From contig CAWAYC010000018.1 of NCBI GenBank assembly GCA_963786115.1, positions 95,507-159,506 on the forward strand: a stretch of 64,000 nucleotides of DNA, written 5' to 3'. Under the pieces are notes generated by a model. It saw nothing but the letters and a program-made list of their open reading frames with translations, was not told where the DNA came from and did no database searches. The position numbers and the translations under genes were made by a program. Below, one piece after another: positions 9,607-20,230 of this stretch (positions are counted from its first letter, which is position 1; the number at the start of each line of letters is the position of its first letter). This DNA comes from an uncultured Alphaproteobacteria bacterium. Lineage in GTDB: Bacteria > Pseudomonadota > Alphaproteobacteria > Rhizobiales > Xanthobacteraceae.

Positions 9607-11726
9607 ATGAAAGCCAAGTTCGGCGTTCGGGAACGGCTTTGCGCCGCGTTCGCGATCATAGGACTGCTCCCCATCGTCTCGGCGGGAGTGGCCTGGATCG
9701 CATTCGACCAGATGGATGGCGCGATCAATGATATCGCTCGCGCCAAGCTGCCTCAGATCGAGGGATCCTTGTCGCTTGCCAGGCGCGTCGATCTCCTGGT
9801 GAGCTACGGCTATCAGCTGTTGGACTCCCCATCGGACGCCGAACGAAAAGCCCGGGCGTCTGCGGTCGCCGAATCGTTGTCCAGTGCCACCGCCGAATTG
9901 CAGACGTTGCGTGGCGGCACGCTGGACAAGGAAACGGCCTCCGCGATCGAGTCCCGGCTGGCTGATCTCAACAAGGCTCTCACCCGGGCCGACACTGTGG
10001 TGGGCCAGTCGCTGGCGGCGAGGTCCAAGCTGGCCGAGTTGCCGAAAAAGGCTGCAGAGCTCAATTCCAAGCTGACCAACGCCTTGCGACCCCTAGTCAT
10101 CGAGCGCGGCAACAATACCGTCGGATTAATCGGCGAGATGGCGTCGCCTTCGTCGACGTCAGAGGCCCGTGCGCAGGCCGCCACCTCGCTAAAGGCGCTG
10201 GGATATGTTTCGGTCGCACTGGCCAATATCGGTCAGTCGGGCGCCCGTCTTCAGACGGCGTTCGTGCAAACCACTGTGGCGCCGGACGATGCGGCCCTCA
10301 AACTCATTCAGCAGACGATCGCGCGCGAGATCGACGCCATGGCGATTGCGCTCGACGATCTGGACGCTGAAAGCCGGAAGGGGGTGGAGTCGTTTGTCGA
10401 AGCGTTTGACAAATTGGCCAAGGAGGATTGGACCGGGCTTCGACGAACCGGCCTGGCTGCAGATGCGGCCCGGGTCTCGGTCATCGAAGAGAGCCGAACG
10501 GCCTCGGCCGGCTTGAACGACGCCGTCGCCGCCAACGTGAAGGTCGCCAAGACGCAGGTTGCGCAGGCCTCGTCCTTGGCAAGCGAGACCATCGTCCAGA
10601 GCCGCCATCTTCTGCAAGGCACGGCTTTGGCCGGGCTGCTGCTCGCCGGTCTGATCGGCTGGCTGTATGTCGAGCGGAACATCGGGCGGCGGCTGGTTGC
10701 ACTCGAACGCAGCATGCGGCGGATTGCGGATGGCGATCTGGAAACGGCCGGGCCGCCATCGAGTTCGGACGAATCGGGCGCATGGCCAATGCCCTCGAGA
10801 CCTTCCGCGCCAACGGGCTGGAGATCCAATCGCTGCAACGGGAGCAGCAGACGTCGGAGCAGCGAGCCGCGGCGCGTCGCAAGGCGGAGATGCAAAAACT
10901 CGCCGACGAGTTCGAAGGCGCAGTCGGGAAGATCATCCACACCGTCTCCTCGGCGGCGTCCGAGCTGGAAGCTTCGGCGAACACGCTGACATCGACTGCC
11001 GAGCGGACCAAAACTCTGTCGGACGTCGTTGCGTCGGCGTCAGAAGAAGCCTCGACCAACGTCCAGTCGGTCGCATCGGCAACGGAGGAGATGGCATCGT
11101 CGGTCAACGAAATCAGCCGTCAGGTGCAGGAATTTGCCCGTATCGCCAATGGGGCGGTGGAGCAGGCGCGGAAAACCAACGATCGCGTCGGTGAATTGTC
11201 GAAGGCGGCGAGCCGGATTGGCGATGTCGTCGAACTGATCAACACGATCGCCGGGCAGACCAACCTCCTGGCCCTAAATGCCACGATCGAGGCGGCGCGC
11301 GCGGGCGAGGCCGGTCGCGGCTTCGCCGTGGTGGCTTCCGAAGTGAAGGCGCTGGCCGAGCAGACCGCGAAGGCAACCGGCGAGATCAGTCAGCAGATCA
11401 GCGGCATCCAGAGCGCGACCAACGAATCGGTGGTCTCGATCAAGGAGATCGGCATCACCATCGGACGAATGTCGGAGATTTCATCCACGATCGCAGCCGC
11501 CATCGAGCAGCAGGGGGCGGCGACCCAGGAAATCTCCCGCAACGTACAGCGGGCGGCGGACGGCACCACGCAGGTAGCGTCGAATATCGTTGATGTGCAG
11601 CACGGCTCCAGCGAGACCGGATCGGCATCCTCCCAGGTGCTGTCTTCCGCTCAGTCGCTTTCCCTCGAAAGCAACCGGCTGAAGCTCGAAGTGCAGAGAT
11701 TCCTTGCGACGGTAAGTGCCGCTTGA
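9607..11726 (+). CDS. Methyl-accepting chemotaxis protein with ~300-aa helical periplasmic domain (frameshift near 10772)
   Basis: TM1, sensor domain, TM2 and HAMP in ORF 9607-10989; signalling domain [30 protein letters not shown] in ORF 10428-11726; the HAMP DEIGRMA motif lacks one base (gacgaatcgggc). Confidence 0.9.
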
Positions 11727-11928
11727 CGATAATGAAGGCGACGGGCATTCGGATGCCGGTCGCGTTGGAATCATGCGCGGGATGCTTCACAGAAAAATCG
11801 GCAGTCGGCGATCAGCACCACAAAATCATCGTAACAGCACCAAAGCGAGAGCCCGCGTTGCGTCCTGACAGGGTGTCGGCAGGTGAGCGCAGTCATGAAA
11901 TCATTCAATTCCTTAAGGGTGGCGAACA

Positions 11929-13338
11929 ATGCGGCAGCAATATCCGGTCGTCTATGACGAAAAATCCCAGCGGTTGGCCGATCAGATGGTTTTGGCGGAA
12001 GCGCGGCACATTGCGCAGCGCAAAGCCCAAGATCAGGACTGCGACTGCAAGGACGGCATGTTTCCTCAGGACGGCGTGACGGATCGGCGCAAATTCCTGT
12101 TTGCCGCGGCCTCGATTGCTGGTGTTGCGGGCTCATCCGCCTTTGCCCAGGCAGCCGAGCAAAAGGCGCCGGCCGGTGCATTTCACTTCGACGTGCCGGC
12201 GGATCCGACCAAGGAGCAGGGTCGTGCCGTTGCTGCCGACGGCGGTTACGGTTCGCGCTCGCAATTCGAGACGGAGCTGCGCGTGCGCTATCCGACGCCC
12301 AACGACCTTACGTCCTGGAGCATGACGCCGCTCGACAAGATGCTCGGCAATCTCACGCCATCAGGCCTGCACTTCGAGCGGCATCACGGCGGCATCCCGA
12401 CGATCGATCCCGCCAGGCACAGCCTGATCATTCACGGAATGGTCGACACGCCAAAGAAATTCTCGATGGACGACCTCAAGCGCTTTCCATCCGTCACTCG
12501 CAAACATTTTATCGAATGCTCGGGCAACGGATTGACCGAGTGGAACAAGCCAACGTTGAAAACCGTGCAAGGCACGCATGGCCTGCTCAGCACATCGGAA
12601 TGGACCGGCGTGCAATTCGCCACGATTGCGCGCGAGATTGGCCTGAAGGAGGGTTCCGCCTGGGTTCTCGCCGAGGGCGCCGATGCCGCAATGATGACGC
12701 GCAGCGTGCCGATGGAAAAGATGCTCAAGGATGCGCTGATCGCCTATGGGCAGAACGGCGAGGCACTGCGACCCGAACAGGGTTATCCGCTGCGGCTGCT
12801 GCTGCCGGGCTATGAGGGCAACACGCACATCAAATGGCTGCGGCGTCTCGAGATCAGCGACAAGCCGTCCATGACGCGCGAGGAGACCTCGAAATACACC
12901 GACCTTCTTGCCAACGGCAAGGCACGTCAGTTCAGCCTGGACATGGATGCCAAGTCCGTCATCACCTTCCCATCTGGTGACATGAAGCTGCCACGTCCGG
13001 GCTTCTATAACATTCAGGGATTTGCATGGAGCGGGCGCGGCCGCGTGCAGTCGGTCGACGTGTCCGTCGATGGCGGCAAGAGCTGGTATCCCGCGCAACT
13101 CGGATCGTCGCCCGAGCCCATCTGCACCGTGCGTTTTTCCTTTCCATGGATCTGGGACGGCAAGCCGGTGGTGCTGCAAAGTCGCTGCACCGATGAGACC
13201 GGCTACGTGCAGCCGACGCTGCAGCAACTGATCGCCATTCGCGGATCCAATGGTCCGTTCGGATCGGTCTACCACCTCAATGCCATTCAAAGCTGGGCAG
13301 TCAGCGAAACCGGGGATGTCACCAATGTTCACGCGTAA
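11929..13338 (+). CDS. soxC: SoxC-like molybdopterin sulfite/sulfane dehydrogenase
   Basis: Tat motif DRRKFL; TPSGLHFERHH, Mo-ligand ECSGN, GYPLRL..PGYEG, KWLRR, AWSGRG, SRCTDETG. Confidence 0.9.
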   Translation: MRQQYPVVYDEKSQRLADQMVLAEARHIAQRKAQDQDCDCKDGMFPQDGVTDRRKFLFAAASIAGVAGSSAFAQAAEQKAPAGAFHFDVPADPTKEQGRAVAADGGYGSRSQFETELRVRYPTPNDLTSWSMTPLDKMLGNLTPSGLHFERHHGGIPTIDPARHSLIIHGMVDTPKKFSMDDLKRFPSVTRKHFIECSGNGLTEWNKPTLKTVQGTHGLLSTSEWTGVQFATIAREIGLKEGSAWVLAEGADAAMMTRSVPMEKMLKDALIAYGQNGEALRPEQGYPLRLLLPGYEGNTHIKWLRRLEISDKPSMTREETSKYTDLLANGKARQFSLDMDAKSVITFPSGDMKLPRPGFYNIQGFAWSGRGRVQSVDVSVDGGKSWYPAQLGSSPEPICTVRFSFPWIWDGKPVVLQSRCTDETGYVQPTLQQLIAIRGSNGPFGSVYHLNAIQSWAVSETGDVTNVHA

Positions 13339-13897
13339 AAACCCGTTGAGGGCTGCCACCCTTCTTGTTTCGGTTCTGGTTTCGTCCGCCGCCTTTGCAC
13401 AGGGTGCGCCGGCGCATTTCGGCTTCGGCACCCCCGTGACGCCGCAGGATCTGGCCGGGTATTTTTCGATCCCGCCGGATGGACGCGGATTGCCGGCGGG
13501 CGGCGGCAACGCCGCGGCCGGTGCGAAGATTTTCGCCGAAAGTTGCGCCGCCTGTCATGGCGACAAGCTGCAGGGCAATCCCGCACTGGGAATTGGCGGC
13601 GATCGCCTGGTGGGCGGTCGTGACTCGCTGGCGACGAAGACGCCGGTCAAGACCGTGGAAAGCTACTGGCCCTATGCGACGACGCTGTTCGACTATGTGA
13701 AGCGCGCCATGCCGTTCAGCGCGCCGGGATCGCTGAAGGATGACGAGGTATATGCCGTCGTTGCCTATATCCTGTCGGAGGCCAAGATTATCAAGCCGAC
13801 CGAGGTGATGGATGCGAAGACCCTGCCGAAGGTGGTGATGCCCAATCACGACGGCTTCATTCCGGACGCTCGGCCGGAGCTTTCGCTTTACCGGTGA
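13325..13897 (+). CDS. soxD: SoxD-like monoheme cytochrome c
   Basis: Signal peptide, [38 protein letters not shown]; overlaps the soxC stop. Confidence 0.88.
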   Translation: MFTRKNPLRAATLLVSVLVSSAAFAQGAPAHFGFGTPVTPQDLAGYFSIPPDGRGLPAGGGNAAAGAKIFAESCAACHGDKLQGNPALGIGGDRLVGGRDSLATKTPVKTVESYWPYATTLFDYVKRAMPFSAPGSLKDDEVYAVVAYILSEAKIIKPTEVMDAKTLPKVVMPNHDGFIPDARPELSLYR

Positions 13898-13931
13898 CGG
13901 TTTCCCGTCGCTTGATGCGGACGCAACGTCA

Positions 13932-14330
13932 GGCGGACAGGCGCAGCGGGTAGCGATTGCGCGCGCGCTGGTGCCGCAGCCGGGAGTGCTGCTGCTCGAC
14001 GAGCCGTTCTCTGCACTCGACGCCTTCACGCGGCGCGACCTGCAGGATCATTTGCTCGATCTGTGGGCCGACACGCGGCCGACGCTCGTTCTGGTCACGC
14101 ACGACGTCGACGAGGCCGTGGTGCTGGCGGATCGCGTGCTTGTGATGCGGCCGCGACCGGGCCGGCTGTTTGAGGAGATCAACATCAATCTGTCACGGCC
14201 GCGCGACCGCAATTCGCCTCTGTTCGGCAATTTCAAGCGGCATGTGCTGACCGCACTCGACCGCTCCCTCGACCGCGATGTGCCGGGTGCCGAGGCCAAA
14301 CCAGCCGCCGGCGGCGCGATGTGGTGGTGA
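13932..14330 (+). pseudogene. 5'-truncated duplicate of ssuB
   Basis: Begins at the GGQAQR signature and lacks Walker A; carries E>G and D>G substitutions relative to the intact copy. Confidence 0.9.
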
Positions 14331-14552
14331 CACCGGCGCGATTTCACACTACATCCGGCGAGGAAGAGAAAATCCGGGAGAAGAAAATGGACGCTGCCGA
14401 ACTCCGCGCGATGCAGGCCCCGATCAAGGAGCGTTACAAGTCCGATCCCGCGGCCGCGGTCATCACGCTGAAGGCCAAGGGCTCGATCGAGAACGAAGGC
14501 ATCGCCTGCAAGGTCGAGACCGGCCGTGCGCTCTCGGTCGCCGGCCTGCATC
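13932..14552 (+). repeat. Right copy of 621-bp direct repeat
   Basis: Matches 7440-8060. Confidence 0.97.
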
Positions 14553-14896
14553 CGGCCACCGGCGGCTCGGGGCTTGAACTCTGCTCCGGCGATATGCTGC
14601 TGGAAGCCCTCGTTGCCTGTGCCGGCGTCACCCTGAAGTCGGTGGCAACCGCCGTCGAGGTGCCGCTGAAGACCGGCAATGTCATTGCGGAAGGCGATCT
14701 CGATTTTCGCGGCACGCTCGGCGTTGACAAGGAGGCCCCGGTCGGCTTCTCCGAGATCCGCCTGCGTTTCGAGGTCGGCACCGACGCGCCGCAGGACAAG
14801 CTCGACCTGCTGCTAAAGCTCACCGAACGCTATTGCGTGGTCTACCAGACCATCAAGAACGGCCCGAAGGTTTCGGTGTCGATGAAGCGGGTGTGA
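14387..14896 (+). CDS. OsmC/Ohr family protein
   Basis: LCSGDMLLEALVACAG, DLDFRG, ERYCVV with the two conserved Cys. Confidence 0.9.
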   Translation: MDAAELRAMQAPIKERYKSDPAAAVITLKAKGSIENEGIACKVETGRALSVAGLHPATGGSGLELCSGDMLLEALVACAGVTLKSVATAVEVPLKTGNVIAEGDLDFRGTLGVDKEAPVGFSEIRLRFEVGTDAPQDKLDLLLKLTERYCVVYQTIKNGPKVSVSMKRV

Positions 14897-14909
14897 GCGT
14901 ACAGCTATC

Positions 14910-15039
14910 GTCGTCCCGGCGCACGCCGGGACCCATACGCCCCGGCCTCTCCTGTGGCAGTGCGTTGGACGCCCTTCTCGCAAATCATGAACATCGGCGG
15001 TAATGGATCCCGACTCGCACTTCGTTCGGCCGGGACGAC
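14910..15039. repeat. REP-doublet-like element (family A, GTCGTCCCGGC...GCCGGGACGAC)
   Basis: 11-bp terminal inverted repeat with internal hairpins; relatives at 6136, 29958, 43004, 49306, 51555, 58101. Confidence 0.8.
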
Positions 15040-15046
15040 AGGCAAT

Positions 15047-15841
15047 ATGTCCCCCGAATTGATCTTCCTCCTGACGCTCGGCCTGCGCATGGCGATCACG
15101 GCTGCCTTCGTGGTGATGGCCTCCGTCATCACCGAGCGGTCGGGGCCGGTGATCGGCGCGCTGGTCGCGACGTTGCCGATCTCGGCGGGGCCGTCTTACG
15201 TGTTTCTCGCGCTCGAACACGATCCGGCATTCATCGCCGAGGGTGCGCTGGCGAGCCTGCCGATCAACGCGGCGACGATTTTTCTTGCATTGACCTATGT
15301 CGTGCTGGCGCAACGTCGGAGCGCAATCATCAGCTGCACGGCGGCCGTGGCCGTATGGATCGCGCTCGCCTCAATCATCCGCTCCGTGCAATGGTCGCTC
15401 GCCGGCGGCCTGATCGCGAACGCCATCGCCTATGCCATCTGCGTGCCGCTGCTCGCCCGATATCGCCACGTCAAGATGCCGCTGATCACCCGCCGCTGGT
15501 ACGACATTCCATTGCGCGCGTCGCTGGTCGCGATCTTGGTGGCGACGGTGGTCGCCGCGTCGGGCTGGGTCGGTCCGAAGATCAGCGGCATCATCGCGCT
15601 GTTTCCGATTGTGTTCACCTCCATGATGCTGATCCTGCATCCGCGCATCGGAGGCCCCCCGACCGCCGCGGTGCTTGCCAACAGCGCGTGGGGATTGATC
15701 GGGCTCAGCATCGCTATCGCCGCGCTGCATCTTGCCGCTTTGCAATTCGGCTCGGCAATCGGACTGAGCCTCGCGCTCGCCATCTGCGTGAGCTGGAATC
15801 TCGCGCTGTGGTGGAACGGGCGGCGGAAGCTTGCGCGGTGA
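15047..15841 (+). CDS. Conserved integral membrane protein (about 8 TM)
   Basis: Hydrophobic, with two internally similar halves (GPVIGALVATLP / GPKISGIIALFP). Confidence 0.75.
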   Translation: MSPELIFLLTLGLRMAITAAFVVMASVITERSGPVIGALVATLPISAGPSYVFLALEHDPAFIAEGALASLPINAATIFLALTYVVLAQRRSAIISCTAAVAVWIALASIIRSVQWSLAGGLIANAIAYAICVPLLARYRHVKMPLITRRWYDIPLRASLVAILVATVVAASGWVGPKISGIIALFPIVFTSMMLILHPRIGGPPTAAVLANSAWGLIGLSIAIAALHLAALQFGSAIGLSLALAICVSWNLALWWNGRRKLAR

Positions 15842-15854
15842 CGCTTAGCGCCCC

Positions 15855-15969
15855 GTCATTGCGAGGAGCGAAGCGACGAAGCAATCCATATTTCCTTGCG
15901 GCGAGATGGATTGCTTCGCGGAGCCTGTCATCGGGCGCGCGTTCGCGCGACCCGTTGGCTTGCCATGAC
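15855..15969. repeat. REP-like element (family B, GTCATTGCGAG..GCAATCC..GGATTGCTTC..ATGAC)
   Basis: Palindromic and between convergent genes; relative at 63273-63355. Confidence 0.8.
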
Positions 15970-15980
15970 CGAGAGACACC

Positions 15981-18710
15981 CTACGGCTTCGGCAGCTTCG
16001 CCTTCAGCGTATAGAGCGCTTCCAGCGCCTCGCGCGGGGACATCTCGTCGGGATGCAGGGCTTTCACGGCCTCTACCAATTGCTCGGCTTCGCTCGGCGG
16101 CGCCGGTTCGGTGGCGGCGCGGGAGGGGACGGCGAACAGCGGCAGGTCGTCGGCCAACGCGCGCGCGGACTGGCCGCGGTCTTGCGCCTCGAGTTTTGCC
16201 AAAACCGATTTGGCGCGCGCGATCACCGGCGGCGGCAGGCCGGCGAGCTTTGCGACCTGGATGCCGTAGGAGCGGTCGGCGGAGCCCGGCAGCACCTCGT
16301 GCAGGAACACCACGTCACCATGCCATTCCTTGACGCGGACGGTGGCGTTGAACATCCGCGGCAGCTTTGCCGAGAGCGCGGTCAGCTCGTGATAATGCGT
16401 CGCGAACAAAGCGCGGCAGCGGTTGCTCTCATGCAGGTGCTCGATCGCGGCCCACGCGATCGACAGGCCATCGAAGGTCGCGGTGCCGCGGCCGATCTCA
16501 TCAAGAATGACCAGCGAGCGCTCGCTCGCCTGGTTGAGGATCACGGCGGTCTCCACCATCTCCACCATGAAGGTGGAGCGTCCGCGCGCCAGATCGTCCG
16601 CGGCGCCGACACGCGAGAATAGCCGGTCGACGATGCCGATTCGCGCCCGCGCCGCCGGCACGTAAGACCCGATCTGTGCCATCAGCGCGATCAAGGCATT
16701 CTGGCGCAGAAAGGTCGATTTGCCGGCCATGTTGGGGCCGGTGATCAGCCAGATCTGGCCGGAGTTTTGTCCTGGACCCGGCGACAGGTCGCAGGCGTTG
16801 GCGATGAACGGCTGGCCGTCGCGCTTGAGCGCCTGCTCGACCACCGGGTGCCGGCCGCCTTCGATGGCAAAACCCAGCGAAGCATCGACCTCGGGCCGCA
16901 CGTAATTGTCATCGATTGCGAGCTTTGCCAGCGCGGTCGCGACGTCGAGCCGTGCGAAGGCATGCGCGGCGGTGCGCAGCTCGTCGCTCGCGGCCAGCGC
17001 CATGGCGCTGAGGCGCTCGAATATTTCGAGCTCCAATCCGAGCGCGCGGTCGCCGGCATTGGCGATCTTGGCCTCGATCTCGCCGAGTTCCGACGTGGTG
17101 AAGCGGACTTGCCCGGCGAGCGTCTGGCGATGGATGAAAGTCGCGTTCAGGGGCGGCGCCATCAATTTGTCGCCGTGCTGCGCGGTGACCTCGACGAAAT
17201 AGCCGAGGACGTTGTTGTGGCGGATTTTCAGGCCCTTGACGCCGGTGTCGTCGGCGTAGCGCGCCTGCATGGCGGCGACGACAAGGCGAGAGGCATCGCG
17301 CAAATTGCGGCTCTCGTCGAGTGCCGCCTCATAACCCTCGCGGACAAAACCGCCATCGCGCTTGATCAGCGGCAGTTGATCGGCCAGCGCGCGCTCGAAT
17401 TCGCGGGCGAGATCGCGCGACGGACGACGCAACGCCTCCATCACGGCGGTGACCTCCTGCGGCGAATCGCTGAGCCGGCCGAGCTGGGCCAGCGCCTGGT
17501 CGGCGGCCAAAATGCCGTCGCGCAGGCCCGCAAGGTCACGCGGGCCGCCGCGACCGACCGACAATCGCGCCAACGCGCGCGACATATCGGGCGCGGCGCG
17601 CAACGTGGAGCGGACATCGTCGCGGACGGCGCTATCGGCGACGAAAGCCGCAATCGCGTCCAGCCGGCGCGCGATTGCCGCGCTGTCGGTCAGCGGCGCC
17701 GCAAGCCGCTGTGCGAGCAGCCGCGACCCGGCGGCAGTCACCGTGCAGTCGATCGCATCGAGCAACGAGCCGCGCCGCTCGCCGGCCAGTGTCCGTGTCA
17801 GTTCGAGATTGGCGCGGGTCGCGGGATCGATCGCCATGGTGGTGCCGGCGGCTTCGCGCGACGGCGGCGACAGCGGCGGGCGCTTTCCCACTTGCGTACG
17901 GTCGATATAGGTGACGGCGGCGGCCGCGGCGGTCGCTTCCAGCCGCGACATCGCAGAGAGGCCATCCATGGTCGCGACCGCGAAATAATCGCACAGCCGC
18001 CGTTCCGCGGTGGCGCCGTCGAAGACGTCGCGGGTCAGCGGCGTTACCGCAGGCAGTTCGCGCAGCAGCGGTCCGATATCCGGATCACCATAGAGCGCGT
18101 CGGTGACGATGGCCTCATTCGGATTGATCCGCGCCAGCGTCGCCGCGAGCTCGGTGGTCAAGCACTCCGTGACCATGAATTCGGAGGTCGAGATATCGAT
18201 CCAGGCGAGCCCGACCCGGTCGCCGCCGGAAGATCCGCGGGCGCGGGCGATGGCGAGCAGGTAGTTGTTGGTGCGGGCATCCAGCAGCGTGTCTTCGGTC
18301 AGCGTGCCCGGCGTCACCAGCCGCACCACGCCGCGGCGGACCACGCTCTTGTTGCCGCGCGCCCGCGCAGCGGCGGGGTCCTCGGTCTGTTCGCACACCG
18401 CGACGCGATGGCCGGCGCCGATCAGGCGATGCAGATAATCCTCGGAGCGTTCGACCGGGACGCCGCACATCGGGATGTCCATGCCCTGATGCTTGCCGCG
18501 CTTGGTCAACACGATGCCAAGCGTCCTGGAGGCGATTTCGGCGTCCTCGAAGAACAATTCGTAGAAATCGCCCATCCGGTAGAACAGCAGGAGCCCGGGA
18601 TGGGCGGCCTTGATCTCGAGGTATTGTTCCATCATCGGCGTGACGCGCGACGGCGCGTCGGCGCCCGGTGTGGCGTTTGATGGAACAGGGATGGATTGCT
18701 GGATCGTCAT
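15981..18710 (-). CDS. mutS: DNA mismatch repair protein MutS
   Basis: [45 protein letters not shown]. Confidence 0.99.
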   Translation of the reverse strand: MTIQQSIPVPSNATPGADAPSRVTPMMEQYLEIKAAHPGLLLFYRMGDFYELFFEDAEIASRTLGIVLTKRGKHQGMDIPMCGVPVERSEDYLHRLIGAGHRVAVCEQTEDPAAARARGNKSVVRRGVVRLVTPGTLTEDTLLDARTNNYLLAIARARGSSGGDRVGLAWIDISTSEFMVTECLTTELAATLARINPNEAIVTDALYGDPDIGPLLRELPAVTPLTRDVFDGATAERRLCDYFAVATMDGLSAMSRLEATAAAAAVTYIDRTQVGKRPPLSPPSREAAGTTMAIDPATRANLELTRTLAGERRGSLLDAIDCTVTAAGSRLLAQRLAAPLTDSAAIARRLDAIAAFVADSAVRDDVRSTLRAAPDMSRALARLSVGRGGPRDLAGLRDGILAADQALAQLGRLSDSPQEVTAVMEALRRPSRDLAREFERALADQLPLIKRDGGFVREGYEAALDESRNLRDASRLVVAAMQARYADDTGVKGLKIRHNNVLGYFVEVTAQHGDKLMAPPLNATFIHRQTLAGQVRFTTSELGEIEAKIANAGDRALGLELEIFERLSAMALAASDELRTAAHAFARLDVATALAKLAIDDNYVRPEVDASLGFAIEGGRHPVVEQALKRDGQPFIANACDLSPGPGQNSGQIWLITGPNMAGKSTFLRQNALIALMAQIGSYVPAARARIGIVDRLFSRVGAADDLARGRSTFMVEMVETAVILNQASERSLVILDEIGRGTATFDGLSIAWAAIEHLHESNRCRALFATHYHELTALSAKLPRMFNATVRVKEWHGDVVFLHEVLPGSADRSYGIQVAKLAGLPPPVIARAKSVLAKLEAQDRGQSARALADDLPLFAVPSRAATEPAPPSEAEQLVEAVKALHPDEMSPREALEALYTLKAKLPKP

Positions 18711-18918
18711 CGGGGCGGAAACTACAAAATTTCATCGCCCGGTCCTATCCGTTTGCGCCGGACAAAGGGGTTTTCCACCTTCTCCACGGCATGGACCTCA
18801 TGCCAAAGCAGCGCAGGGGCCCAGCAGCCGTCAATTGACCTCTCGCGGGCCCGCTCCTAAAACTCGCCATCAAGTCAACAGGCCAGCGCCTAAACCACGG
18901 CATTCAAGGAGAGATTCT

Positions 18919-20128
18919 ATGCGTGATGTATTCATTTGCGATGCCGTCCGGACCCCGATCGGCCGTTTTGGCGGCTCGCTTGCCAAGGTGCGTGCTGACG
19001 ATCTGGCCGCCGCCCCGATCAAGGCATTGATGGCCAGGCATTCGAACCTCGACTGGTCGCAGGTCGATGAGGTGTTTTTCGGCTGCGCCAATCAGGCCGG
19101 CGAGGACAACCGCAACGTCGCGCGCATGGCGCTGCTCCTTGCGGGCATGCCGGAATCGGTTCCCGGCCAGACACTCAACCGTCTCTGCGCCTCCGGGCTC
19201 GATGCGGTCGGCGCCGCGGGGCGCGCGATCCGCGCCGGCGAGATCGACTTCGCCATTGCCGGCGGCGTCGAGTTCGATGACGCGGGCGCCGTTCGTGATG
19301 GGCAAGGCGCCGGAGGCGTTTTCGCGCTCGGCCGAGATCTTCGACACCACCATCGGCTGGCGTTTCATCAATCCCTTGATGAAGGCGCAATATGGCGTCG
19401 ACGCGATGCCGGAGACCGGCGAAAACGTCGCCGAGGAATTCCAGGTGTCGCGCGCCGACCAGGATGCGTTCGCGATCCGCTCGCAGCAGCGCGCAGGCGC
19501 TGCGATCGCGTCGGGCTATTTCGCTGAAGAAATCGTCCCGGTTTCGGTGCCCGGCGGCAAGGCGGGCCCGATCACCGTCGACAAGGACGAGCATCCGCGT
19601 CCGGAAACCACGCTCGAAGGATTGGCAAAACTGAAGCCGATCGTGCGCAACCCCGGCACGGTGACCGCGGGCAATGCGTCCGGCGTCAATGACGGCGCCG
19701 CGGCGATGATCCTGGCTTCCGAGGCGGCGGTGAAGAAGCACGGTTTGACGCCGCGGGCGCGCATCCTCGGGGCAGCCTCGGCTGCGGTGCCGCCGCGTAT
19801 CATGGGCATCGGCCCGGTGCCGGCGACGCGCAAATTGATGGAACGGCTCGGCTTCAAAATCAGCGACTTCGATTTGATCGAGCTCAATGAAGCCTTCGCC
19901 AGCCAGGGAATAGCCTGTCTGCGGCAACTCGGCGTCAAGGACGATGCCGATTTCGTCAACCCGCATGGCGGCGCAATCGCGCTCGGCCATCCGCTCGGCA
20001 TGAGCGGCGCGCGGCTGGCGATGACGGCGGTGCACGGCATGGAGAAGCGCGGCGGCAAGCGCGCGCTCGCCACCATGTGCGTCGGCGTCGGTCAGGGCGT
20101 CGCTTTGGCGATCGAGAAGCTGAACTGA
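18919..20128 (+). CDS. pcaF: 3-oxoadipyl-CoA thiolase (frameshift near 19273)
   Basis: CANQAGEDNRNVARM and NRLCASG in the first frame; NEAF, GHPLG, MCVGVGQG in the second; GGVESM interrupted by an extra T (gagttcgatg). Confidence 0.92.
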
Positions 20129-20230
20129 AAACCGGTCCGGACGGCACCAAGACGGCTTTCCCGGATTAGTTATATCATATAATGATCTGGGTGGCCGGGC
20201 TTAACGGCCCGGCCTTGGGAGGAGTTCGTC

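Larger units (their letters stand above)
8061..13931. mobile_element. Accessory cassette flanked by duplicated host sequence (no mobility gene)
   Basis: Interrupts the ssuB-osmC junction and is bounded by the 621-bp direct repeat; intergenic stretches look AT-richer. Confidence 0.75.

Noticed and set aside
7440-14552. Direct repeat as a simple assembly artefact or IS target-site duplication
   Set aside because: The copies differ at about 20 sites with codon-position bias, and 621 bp is far longer than IS target duplications. Read-level confirmation is still needed.
19260-19285. Programmed frameshifting in pcaF and the other split genes
   Set aside because: No slippery heptamer or stimulatory structure is visible; sequencing error is more parsimonious.
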